Source of the DNA: a virus
Length of the DNA: 64,000 nucleotides
Reading direction: 5' to 3' (one strand)
Virus record (IMG/VR): IMGVR_UViG_3300048591_001244
Coordinates: 15,205-79,204 of that record
Position numbers and translations under genes: made by a program. Every line of letters begins with the position of its first letter. Within the stretch, counting starts at the first letter, position 1. This document shows positions 12,301 to 18,886 of this stretch, one piece after another. A model generated the notes under the pieces. The model was not told the origin of the DNA. It searched no databases and saw only the letters and a list, made by a program, of their open reading frames with translations.

Positions 12301-13918
12301 CATACAATTCTGCCTGCTCCTTCTTTCCCATCATGACAGTACCATATTTGTTACCATCATGACCCATGTTGTCATACATAACCTGCATGTACTGAGAGAA
12401 CAATGTCTGAGATCCTTCTTCAATTCCTTCTCCAACAGCTTCTTTTACAGCATTCTTACCATACAAAGCAAGATTTAATGCAGTATGCTTAATGGTAGCA
12501 TTGAACAGACCATTCATTGACGTGGGATTAGGAACATCTACCCCTATTGTTAATTGTTCTTTTAATGCTGTCTTAACAGATTTTCTTTTTGTAGCCATAT
12601 CTTCAGCTACATCTTTGAATATCTTACGTTTGTTCAAAAGCCTTAATTCCTGACCACCGATCATTATCTCCATAGCACCTACACCAATTGCCGTAGCAGC
12701 TGTAAATGCATATCCTGCACGTCCTTTAATGCCTGCCTGCCTTGCAGCTTCTGAGGCTTCAGATAAGCTTATCATAGAAGAAACAAGCCAAGACTCTTTA
12801 TTTTTAAATGGACTGTTGGCTACAAGTTTCTGAGCTATTGAAGCAGGCTTTGCTGTCAGTGCAGCAATTTCATCTCCTGCCTGAGCAGCTTTCCCGGAAC
12901 CAGAGATAGCTCTGGCAACACCGGCACCACCAATAAATTGAGCCAACGATCCAACAACATCACCCATCAGGCGAACCATATTCTGAGGATTTGGAGTAAA
13001 CTCAACATCTCCATCTTCTCCTACGCCAAATACAGATTTGCTTGCATCTTCATGAGTGTCAAATTTCATGTTGTCAACATGAGCAATGAAATCTTTCATC
13101 CAGGAAGAATCTTCTCCTGTTGTCAGTCCATAGAAAAGATTTGCAACTTCCGGAACAGTCTTACCGACATTAACAAAACTATTGTAAATCGACTTGCCTA
13201 ATGTCGTTGCAGGGTTATCATCATCTGCACTTAGCTGATTGCCAAAAGTGCTTTCTATTTTTGCTCCTGGCGGGGGCAATTCTCCAACACCTAAAGCGAT
13301 GGCTTTTCCATCTGCATCAAAATAATATCTCTTTTGATCGGTAGCGGCACCTTTTATTCCACCATAAAGACCACCGGCGGCCGCGGCAATACCTACTCCT
13401 GCAGCTCCTACCGGTCCAAAGCTTGATGCTAACCCTGTAGCAACACCTGTTGTTGTGGCTCCGGTGACAAGACCTTCCATGAAACGGGAAAACATGGTAT
13501 CATCTTGTTGCTTGGGATCAAGTCCCTGCATGACTTTAGCTGTCTGAATATAGTCTTCTGAATCAAAAGTATAAGCAGCCCATTTGAGATATTGCTTTTC
13601 ATCATCATTGACATTCTGGTATCTGTCGATCTGATTGTCAATCTCTCGCTTTTTAGCAATTAATGGAGTAATCTGACTTCCGTATTTATACACCTGACCA
13701 AAATCAGTAAGAGGCTTAACTTTTACATCTGCCCCAGATTCAATAATTTCATCTAATGGAATTCCCTTTTCTCTTATTTGAGAAACAAGATCTTGATTGA
13801 AATCATCTTCTTCTTTTGTTTTAAAAACAACACCATTAGCTTCTAAGTCATCAATGCTATAAGCCTGACCACTTTTTAAAGTTAAAGGGTGATTGTTATT
13901 TTCCTCTGGTTTTGGCAT
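389..13918 (-). CDS. Giant virion-packaged DNA-dependent RNA polymerase (crAss-like, single-chain) with zincin-type domain
   Basis: 4509 aa; GSDHDGD (DxDGD-type catalytic loop, nt 6137-6151) preceded by IRVPTGD; FHEHAH (HExxH, nt 3581-3595); lies at the end of the crAss-type virion gene block. Confidence 0.9.
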   Translation of the reverse strand: MPKPEENNNHPLTLKSGQAYSIDDLEANGVVFKTKEEDDFNQDLVSQIREKGIPLDEIIESGADVKVKPLTDFGQVYKYGSQITPLIAKKREIDNQIDRYQNVNDDEKQYLKWAAYTFDSEDYIQTAKVMQGLDPKQQDDTMFSRFMEGLVTGATTTGVATGLASSFGPVGAAGVGIAAAAGGLYGGIKGAATDQKRYYFDADGKAIALGVGELPPPGAKIESTFGNQLSADDDNPATTLGKSIYNSFVNVGKTVPEVANLFYGLTTGEDSSWMKDFIAHVDNMKFDTHEDASKSVFGVGEDGDVEFTPNPQNMVRLMGDVVGSLAQFIGGAGVARAISGSGKAAQAGDEIAALTAKPASIAQKLVANSPFKNKESWLVSSMISLSEASEAARQAGIKGRAGYAFTAATAIGVGAMEIMIGGQELRLLNKRKIFKDVAEDMATKRKSVKTALKEQLTIGVDVPNPTSMNGLFNATIKHTALNLALYGKNAVKEAVGEGIEEGSQTLFSQYMQVMYDNMGHDGNKYGTVMMGKKEQAELYESILGGFMGGAFGGTVSPQRERSQNEEIYRHIETGNEALLESQLKKVHDQGRLTDEQYNNAVNKIRFYKQYHDEIKKDDLKIQTEDKAEFFEALWNQNSAKAKVEELSANEVANPYTSAKIKAYEDQVKHWQKKIDGIVAKATKPTEEKKEESKSEEQAVSSEAETKGPVTTSETPAATSEVIKEGEPEEKPFTISDDLTFEVKGEDEEAKKAVRKEELVRAKNLQEIKVTEAENTRKKVLEGIKRHAEKRQQEGTPISNEDYEAEIKRVSDIQQRKVQDEKDVLDQINAELNDEKPAPKQTKEDDINDRKKLARDTAEVKIAKLKKDYDEGAISVFAHDEELEKIQKERDSKIEEIEKETDDTEVTHMTKQHRAARLFDPKKHKTSLSQVSKKLNTKEKILKFFGINKTAKPDPSLNLEIPSKETVKKAPLKIVNGMLEIPGGEIKVTDKEGNTTLTLAHSKSLPVYKLTDKHGNNYLFATSDIVDSQGEFIPERTKKPVQKKLGLSYLYLLNNKGEVTNSKVFYNQRHEQKSGAFISDDLAYFKNQLGLKLQENETEKKEDKAEPVVPQEKKEAKIISEPKKKNFKERKEKLKNKYLNVLSQTDHVKIYHKNVAFGAYWNSEKLIFKNFKSGYVYDKGSLYNTLKEIYEIEAIKNIAWAKYDESYQFERPENSSHEASAESTIKSPNLIDWIIGYLNIKKEQENVESGRKTGLDFYLAENAPAFSILSFQRHGDLNYIRDMSPIEFSEFKKRWVLEKNLKKSDLVILKSESEKYSSVKEKLIDKYGSKKVDNSNIDLFEDENLEVKYPEYTIDYLIRFIFDNPSRKATDSLSNNHDNYGAAKIISDQIYTKYGIELTKQLANEAIREQKRISRIRHEFYSEEQEGGNSEQSILGELSPEEAGYQENNIGDFDFSHMPKNEPEKTEVSEDPFKITPDTEFKAEKPSEEEQNDPFLNKINAERKKVSDSLAKNIKKSRGDLGFFYNPQAVIKIVGLATWKALLDLTYNLYLKGLRILKSKNIEITEERRLELADDAIDRVIIEAKKLHREETGKELTIGEEADLTISLKALYGSKTEIRNPIIAEYVNNDPVLQARWSDEIEAAKMANLSDSEDRFAENEKKLYGLFINSNTSLPYVGEYTRNELMEMAEDLVDQMPDDEIDVKQYFIDFFPVREMAEVWRNGDQDDFHFNRFVRLRNHYKSSQRFVNLLYINSNEGPFVPLQSNARYTKPQIKRENRESLAKKLASISITEIRSILQNNDEKKVKILIALDKFIREENKDLIELLKKEFGANAKTHFNWQYVISKLNKKSDVTGIDWAAKKEDLIDALTRSSFVADLINADIETAKRITGIDQHKNRGQWEAFLRYYSKKEGFETYERFLANRIINGQSFGGKTAFPTADNATEISYHQLRRIRALTSTKAIKDYYEGVGEKGSQLDTISRHFAEYSVNLGVAKRFTTATGKNQDSTEYDSFLTNQGKRAKREDIRKLYKDNPWFQKFKDSIKFFKLDGVKNTDTNIAEERSKLNSTDFDIMLIANFMHSDKEHMAGKGNYLFTMDQQADSSTKIMIPVERLRNLTTAQKDSIRKLHAKRNKTTAKQSSEAINKEVGMWQKKIENFVAKKFMTDPGVSSREFAEEFVYNHIYNKYHTDQYFRGKNDRELSYAMSIKRKIHGMGLTLLQGLPGGIGKTHRVMIVNDPKVFIDIGVWNKEVELPDGGDIMMPWFNDQIEISSGGMYSGVIKAFTYTHINGSEHLIKANDVVYPHLHTEEGKIFYAQNPMAKKIVEYAKEHGIDRIAFKSGTKITGEENVNDWKWTTSGPDIKEVDFGKEAPKYIDIENDDFRVILDLTNEGLLNLGSLPTQILNILKSTKHKAAIDKLFSEASLIKEKEIQEVLNKSGEDIIKWLMTINPKSDDVMALKEMNKQSVITMQDPIVRGIVNKYWKNAVRKKLLDFVVLKAQYVHGKVIGQNLGHIKLDKEKNEVQSPVVYLPASAMKSDENPNGFEEGEGLFIIRVPTGDLNSFSYVKVAGFLPPTMKNTIVTDGAIQVYSGSDHDGDTVFLWAPYKNKAGKEVPAGDSSYESRMNSIFEMMKETYEDPHMFNRITEQTTIAEKKEYLETYYDEGKNLDPLMPSSWNKMVRANLDSQDVISITASALKVVYNLASNDINLSTQIRFPKFNTESRTWEKIPFLLTGWGRTVDKDTINSFEFKGKNYYVEIEKNQEDESEYFYYNEDNKLVKDEALVRQLGRAHTEEKNRLESREKEKLFSVLNAHLNHAADAVKNGTLSMMNKFSSTAGQYDALLGLDAEIEDSLTAFMHTPGMKKFIELYEHFTSVSNRRNGDDVYDKIVLAMISPKTMGESLTEEQKEFYSNAWVLQKNRLPDLYDYDMESDSITSQIKIVRMFSAMNKLSSEIQMINKILKLTTSGPLSYGEYMEGKHAYDRIMFPKEGSRPLRFINHSQVQEMINSDSFVRAKINRAISGSYYATHPISTNFGQHVIYRIAKELSLIDNPYNEEGWKERIRNLKKDQYDLIYNEFDKFLMLQAMNVTESKESLKDDVAQWLEKFPEDSFVKKYLTFSLVNERVELSEEAKQNVDDFGYSKIAKDKMKELPDSDLNMLIKYLVSEFGWRSAPWSGSFYEILPYKTLKDVKTKLEGLSFLNSTNGATSVSRDILINNPELIPEFDTLYAGVVINGKDIPSSRKYVVKNKAGENINELPYFVKIKDENRKGKYNIFERKKETIQYKWNSVDIFYYEKDKSVNLSNEVMRASPFLNRPASNEMASRKGIPVINMADPNWEAQLNAILNLPPPPTTGQSQIDFPEDTIGPKNLNEDPITSADPKQIEIMRKKFAKLFPHVKAFSAEEFQRVIDVIAPGKKLDMNAWGASIGDAYWINPNTPHQEAIFHEHAHIYWAMLPDSDIVKKKLLAHYGSEEAAVNAIGKAGTELVKLESQNKGLFNKVSNWMKHFWSRVRAMIWKDASPDLYAKIMAQRMWKGTDAELAQQDFRNLTLNYMKRTNTGPVFQDHQEKIDDLIKKINEKRENKIKSLSEIEHTDITRNAFSEIIRRGAQNFWQAAIERITGKQIQLADSKEFEIMAAGFTPIPGNNDYVYNEQFARVPYAGAMEPGFQMIRPIDKDTFSKDRVGIRYIDLIQNDENENLAKKVTKEYQEYLSDMIESAKLLSNRYTDESKLELLDKDAAVDIANDLSRLKAKYNSRGMNMKSDSLAYFDTVDTIITSYATAHLFTQEIKNEVDSKNDKNRVFIKALHEIFDPRDVKDLTTHNSWVGKDNVIAPFAAHLKSGSAAVALRNQIIQRAEFEANNAQAEIKHLLSPIYKKLKDLKVTKKEMTDMDTNTSVFYFVHPSGPGYPASENYQKLKGKTDEKSKAIIEFADTYASLLNNYAPKEVIATGEKMFQVNYAEATGTELSKKLGWFTAFMHQFFGQSKYDRLHIMVPEFDEPVTLKNYKRTLKERQKIGGADKKSKRQYYLALRKATETARKMYDSTSPMDAANEPIIRTDAKSMFHSLYKEDSGTRSRDIFTPAMHFLHQGAFVRALGDNLLVMEFTENYATTYNAKGKNVARFIKQLNDWQLYGIKPESKLPHNVEIVTKFLIEYTGLKFMALNFGAATMNLFGGITQNVRDLGFRKTFIGVMRTFGSVKPGTNWKTAFLDSKIVNIMQQQRILEINHDWTTADSSDNYGFIKQLLFSPTAFVEFFNHSMTIAGSMSQKQWDAYKHDGTVKDGHKGMTADQIIKLISEAQDIHGSYHRLAKRIAASTTEGRAIMQLRTWMFDIYDVHAMSERFAGTSDKKLKGIVRTVGDIGGGTFKYLEVLAKEKDHEKAKKMFYALKPVDQENLRKLAREATMMLLISMLIAGFGDDDKETYTSLNRMWGDVAVVYDIDNYIYTFQGGLPVFSTIVDALKMMKGLAENGFYGPLVYEKDTKYGKKGDSKVPMMVVNTLPMEKVIKKFMEEK

Positions 13919-13920
13919 AA

Positions 13921-15501
13921 TTAATCTGGAATAAAAATATCTCTTCCTTGTTCGTTCTTCAAAATTTTCCCAGGCATTCCATTTACAATAACCGGCGATC
14001 CTTCAGGATAATTTTGTCCTTTAATATAAGGTCTAACCGGTCCGGAATCATTTTGACTTTGATCATAATTGAAGTTGTCATTGACCTTCCAGTGCTTACC
14101 CATTTCAAGAGCCATAGGCTGATCATCTTTTGGTAATGGCTTTCTTATTTTAAACTTGACAACGGTTCCTTTATCTGTTTGGGTAGAAGTGTATTTATCA
14201 GATCCGTCAATATCTCCTAATGACTCCCACAAATTTTCATTGTTCTCTCCATGAATAGTGAAATCTCCACTTCCAGAGAATCCTATCCCTGTATTATCAT
14301 CAATGATACCTGATTCATCTTCTGCAAATTTACGGAATAGATCGCCTTCCATTTCAATATTCCATTCAGTATAAAATTCTCCAAGTTTCTTATCAAAAAG
14401 AATCTTTCCTGTATTGGTAGCTTTAGCACTGCTCAGCAACATAGCTTGTTTGTCAGTAGGAATCTGATGGAAATCTTTTCCTGGATTATCTATTGATTCG
14501 CCTCTGGAAGAAACAATGATACCATCAGACAAATCTACTAATCCATCTGAACTATATGCATTTTTAATTATCTCAGGAGATATTCGAACATATCCTGTTG
14601 GTGATTCCATCGCCCTTTTCAACTGAGTTTGGAACGGATCAAGTAACACACCACCATTTGCTCCACCGCCAGCGCCACCTCTGCCAGTATTAGGGTTGAA
14701 TATCTTAACATCCGAAGGAGCCTGTCCCGGATCTGCAAAGCCTTCACCTGTCTTAACAATATATGTTGCAAGGTCATTTTTGTAAAGCTTCTCTCTAATT
14801 GCAGGATCGAGAGATTGAAACTCTTTTGTGGCTACACGCCTTGCAATAGGATTGGCAAGAACAAGATCCGCTGCAGCTCTCAAATCTTCATTTCTCTGAT
14901 AGGTATATGTCCTCCCATCTTCAGTAGCACCAAGACCTTGAGCTTTGAGATTTTTAAAGATGTCAGCGACAGATTTGCCAAGATCAAATTTGGTATCAGG
15001 ATTTATGAAAGTGTATTTTTTGCGTTCCTGAGCATTGATATCAGTAGTACCAAATGTCCTGTAATTTTCAATTTCATCAAGCATCTCCTGAACATGAGGA
15101 TCATCTTTTGCAGCATCAGGATTTTCATGAAGCCATTTCATTGTAGCATCGTATTCAGTCCGGAAATTCATGTCTTCAGAAACAATGTCATTGTCAACAA
15201 GCTCTTGTTTCATCATTTTAAACTGCAACATCTTTGCAGGATTAAGATGAAGATCATTGTTTTGAAGGACAAACTTACCCATCTCAGTAAGCTTCTGCTT
15301 ATAGAAATCATTGAGTCTTTGACGATTATAGGGACTGCTGACAGAAGCAAGTTTAAAGTCCTCTCCAAGAAGCTTTGCCTTGTTCTCTGCATCTACACGA
15401 GTCTGTCTTTCATATGCGCGCTCTTGTAAATTCCGTTGCATTCTTGCATCGTAATCAACTTTAACATTTGCGCCTTGATATACTCCGATATTTAATGGCA
15501 T
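13921..15501 (-). CDS. Internal (cargo/ejection) virion protein
   Basis: 526 aa, helical N-terminal half, located between the cargo protein and RNAP as in crAss-like gene order. Confidence 0.6.
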   Translation of the reverse strand: MPLNIGVYQGANVKVDYDARMQRNLQERAYERQTRVDAENKAKLLGEDFKLASVSSPYNRQRLNDFYKQKLTEMGKFVLQNNDLHLNPAKMLQFKMMKQELVDNDIVSEDMNFRTEYDATMKWLHENPDAAKDDPHVQEMLDEIENYRTFGTTDINAQERKKYTFINPDTKFDLGKSVADIFKNLKAQGLGATEDGRTYTYQRNEDLRAAADLVLANPIARRVATKEFQSLDPAIREKLYKNDLATYIVKTGEGFADPGQAPSDVKIFNPNTGRGGAGGGANGGVLLDPFQTQLKRAMESPTGYVRISPEIIKNAYSSDGLVDLSDGIIVSSRGESIDNPGKDFHQIPTDKQAMLLSSAKATNTGKILFDKKLGEFYTEWNIEMEGDLFRKFAEDESGIIDDNTGIGFSGSGDFTIHGENNENLWESLGDIDGSDKYTSTQTDKGTVVKFKIRKPLPKDDQPMALEMGKHWKVNDNFNYDQSQNDSGPVRPYIKGQNYPEGSPVIVNGMPGKILKNEQGRDIFIPD

Positions 15502-15507
15502 GGCTTG

Positions 15508-18500
15508 TTACAAATTATTAAGTAGGCTCATTAATCCAGATGCAAAGTTCTTTTCTGTTCCAGAATATTTAGCATCAATTTTATCAAGACGTTCCTTTTG
15601 TCCAGCTTCAGAAGTAGCACCGATGAAATTAGAAATACCCGTATTCATAAGTCCTGCAGCTGCCTGTTGGTTCAGAAGGAATTCATTACGCTTATCCTCA
15701 TAAGCCATACGATTCTGTCCTGCTACCTGTCCTGCAAGATTCCCAGCAAACTGTTTCTTGTTTAACTTCTGTTCTTCCTGCATTGCTGCCAAAGCTATGA
15801 TCCCACGATTCTTATCGATGCCAGCACGACGAATGTTATTAACAGCAAGTCCAGTATCACCACCAGCCATCTGTTGAACCTGTTCAATTTGTCCACGACG
15901 AGTAAGTTCTAAGTTACGTTCAGCATTTGACTTTATTGCAGGGTCCAACCTGTTAGAGTCAAGGATGGCTTCATCTCTGAGTTTTACTAAGGTAGCATCA
16001 GGAGAATATGCACCCGGGTGTTTTTCTGACAATACTCCGGCAAGACCGAAACCTGTTTGAGCAAGAGCCATCAAGCCACCATAGCCACCCATTGCTTCAA
16101 AAATCTTTGAACCGGCAGATTGTGTTGGAGGAGGAGGCGTACTTTTTTCAGGATATTTTATATCGTCTCCAACAGGTTTTAATGAAGCTATTTCATCAGA
16201 AGCCTGTTTCCTTAAAGAGGGCTGTTTTTTCTTTTGAAGTAAATCAAGTGCCGTTGGAGCAAGTGCAATATCTTGATATCTTGGATCAGGAATCCGTTCA
16301 TTGTTTTGTGAAATTGCTTCTGAATCATCAACATTATATGTCGTTTTAGAAGTGGGATATTTTGCTAATTCTGATTTTAATCCTTCTTGTTTTATTAACT
16401 CTTTAAAATCAGGATCGGTACCTCTTCTTTTATAAATTTCACGAATACGATCACGTTCAGATAAAGCTTTGTCATAGTTAGCTTGAACCTTTGGATCAAT
16501 TCCTCTATTACGACTTTGATTGACAGATTCTTGACCAAAAGGAGAAACTGTTTCTTGCGAGAGCTTTGCTCGATCATATTGTCTTTTGGCAAGTTGATAT
16601 TCTTGTTCTGCTTTATCAAGCGGACCAGAACCACTTGCTACCAATTTTGCATCTCTTACTTTTTGATCTTCAGCTTGAAGTTTTTCTGCCTTCTTTAATT
16701 CAGCAGTTTTCTTTGCTAACTGTTTACCAAGTTCAGGATCATAATTTTGCTCATATTTCTTTTTAATATTAGCAATTTCTACTTGAAGCTTTGGAACAGA
16801 TCCAGCTGAATAAGATTCTTTTTTTGTCTCTGCAGGAGATGATGTTTTAACTGCTTTTGCCAAATGGTTTTCCTTTGGATCAAAAACTGACTTTGATGGA
16901 AGCTGTATTTTTTCGCCTTTTAAATAAGCTTCACGAATTTTAGGAATGTCCTGAGACAATTTATTTGTTCTTTTTAAAGAGTCTGTTGGATTAGAAACAG
17001 GGTCAGATTCAATACCTCCTGGCAGTGATGTCCATGTTCCTTTTAATCCTTTGTCAGCTTCGTCAAATTTTCCATTAGCAACATTTGATATTTGGCCTCT
17101 TTCTATCATTAAGGCAATTGCTCCTAATGCAGCTTCATTTAAATCAGGACTTCTCAAATCTGCACCATACGCATCTAAAATTTCTTGATGTGTTGAATCA
17201 ATAGCCTGAAACCATCCTTGAGCAGATGATTCTCCTGCTTCATTTTTTCCTGTTGCCGGATTTTTCTTTGAAGGTTCAGTATGTAATATTCCAGCAATGT
17301 AAGCCTGAACATTTTTTTTGTTTAAATAGTCGGTTAAGAGCTTTCTTTTTTCCGCATCTGAAAGTTTTATAATTTGTGATCTTGTGAGTTTCTTTTCTAC
17401 TGTTCCGCCAAATACATATCCTTTTCGAACAGTGCCACCTTTTTGATAGCCTGTACCTGAATACTCTGCATTCGGAGCCAACATAGCCAAATTGATACCC
17501 TGAGATTCAAGAATCTTCACTTCGTCAGGAGTAAACAAATGTTCTCCATTACTTAAAGAGACAGGAGTATTTCCACCCTTGGTCATTTTCTGCTTTCCCG
17601 GATCTCCCAAGTATTGTTCTCTCAACTGCTGAGCAATGGTAGCATTTGTAGCAGGAACAACAAATGATCCTTCCTGAACATTTACATCGATATCATCAGA
17701 CCTTCCCGTTCCTGGACCCTCTACCTGACCACCTTCTTTTAAGGATTGCTTAGCATCCATCTTTGAATGATTCGGAGTAGGAGCCATCTTATCATAAAGA
17801 ATCGCTCCCATTAATCCACCGGGAGAGCCTGCTATGATATTCTCCTGTGCAGTAGCTTTCTTATTAATTACACCGCCATCTTTTGCAGCAATACGATAGT
17901 CAGCTTTATCTTTCATTTGACTCATTAATGGATCTAGTCGCTGCTTTTGTATTAATTTATCACGCTCTTTTTTCTTTTCTTCATTCATTTTTAATCCGTG
18001 TCCCCAAGGTAATAACAATGCTTCTGCAGCAGTACCAATATCTCCTTTTCCTATTGCATTAATTCCATCCATAGTAGAATCTCCAGGACTAAAAATATTT
18101 GCAGCAACAACTTGAGTATCATTTCCTTTTCGTATGCCATAATCTTCTATTGGAGAAATGGTATCTGCAATTAAATGACTTGACGCTTCTCCCAATGCAG
18201 CAAATGGAACAATTGATCCAACACCATCTGCTATTCCATCTTTTGAAGCTGCCGCTTTTGCTTGTGCATCAAAATATTCACTAGTTCCATATTCATATTC
18301 ATTAACAGGTCTTTTTCCTATCCCTGCAGATTTTGCTGCATTACCAGCAATCATTGAAGCTCCTGCAACATCAACACCGCCACCGCTTTTTGAGTTTTCT
18401 CCTTTTGTACTATTTAAATAATCTATCTTTTCTGCATCTGTTTCAAGACTTTGAAATTTTGCTTGTTGACTTGCACTAAGATCATTTATTGCAATTGGAT

Positions 18501-18885
18501 TGTAAGATGTAGTATTAGTATCAAACTGATTTGACATGGCAATCCCTTGGGAATTTAATTGAACCTTTTTTGGATTGCTATTTAATTGTACTTTTTTTGG
18601 ATTACTATAAGTATCACTTATTGATTTTGCATTTCCAAGAACACCGCCGGCAAGGGCAACACCGTTTACTCCTGATCCTTTAGAATTTGGGTCCTTTGAT
18701 GTATTACCAACAGATTCAAGGTAGGCCATCTTCTCATTGTCAGTAGACATGCCTTCAAACTGAAGGCGCTGATCTTCGGTAAGACTGGCAAGCGTCAATG
18801 GATTGAAAGTTGTTCCACCATTATTATATTTTTTCCTTGCAGGAACCTTTATGTCTTTTTTATCATTTACAATAGCGCGCCCCAT
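15508..18885 (-). CDS. Cargo/ejection protein with lambda-R-like muramidase/lytic transglycosylase domain
   Basis: 1125 aa; SSAQGWFQ...WTSLPGG lysozyme signature; GGQVEGPGTGRSDDI and LSNGEHLFT motifs; Gly/Ala-rich hydrophobic segments. Confidence 0.75.
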   Translation of the reverse strand: MGRAIVNDKKDIKVPARKKYNNGGTTFNPLTLASLTEDQRLQFEGMSTDNEKMAYLESVGNTSKDPNSKGSGVNGVALAGGVLGNAKSISDTYSNPKKVQLNSNPKKVQLNSQGIAMSNQFDTNTTSYNPIAINDLSASQQAKFQSLETDAEKIDYLNSTKGENSKSGGGVDVAGASMIAGNAAKSAGIGKRPVNEYEYGTSEYFDAQAKAAASKDGIADGVGSIVPFAALGEASSHLIADTISPIEDYGIRKGNDTQVVAANIFSPGDSTMDGINAIGKGDIGTAAEALLLPWGHGLKMNEEKKKERDKLIQKQRLDPLMSQMKDKADYRIAAKDGGVINKKATAQENIIAGSPGGLMGAILYDKMAPTPNHSKMDAKQSLKEGGQVEGPGTGRSDDIDVNVQEGSFVVPATNATIAQQLREQYLGDPGKQKMTKGGNTPVSLSNGEHLFTPDEVKILESQGINLAMLAPNAEYSGTGYQKGGTVRKGYVFGGTVEKKLTRSQIIKLSDAEKRKLLTDYLNKKNVQAYIAGILHTEPSKKNPATGKNEAGESSAQGWFQAIDSTHQEILDAYGADLRSPDLNEAALGAIALMIERGQISNVANGKFDEADKGLKGTWTSLPGGIESDPVSNPTDSLKRTNKLSQDIPKIREAYLKGEKIQLPSKSVFDPKENHLAKAVKTSSPAETKKESYSAGSVPKLQVEIANIKKKYEQNYDPELGKQLAKKTAELKKAEKLQAEDQKVRDAKLVASGSGPLDKAEQEYQLAKRQYDRAKLSQETVSPFGQESVNQSRNRGIDPKVQANYDKALSERDRIREIYKRRGTDPDFKELIKQEGLKSELAKYPTSKTTYNVDDSEAISQNNERIPDPRYQDIALAPTALDLLQKKKQPSLRKQASDEIASLKPVGDDIKYPEKSTPPPPTQSAGSKIFEAMGGYGGLMALAQTGFGLAGVLSEKHPGAYSPDATLVKLRDEAILDSNRLDPAIKSNAERNLELTRRGQIEQVQQMAGGDTGLAVNNIRRAGIDKNRGIIALAAMQEEQKLNKKQFAGNLAGQVAGQNRMAYEDKRNEFLLNQQAAAGLMNTGISNFIGATSEAGQKERLDKIDAKYSGTEKNFASGLMSLLNNL

Positions 18886-18886
18886 T

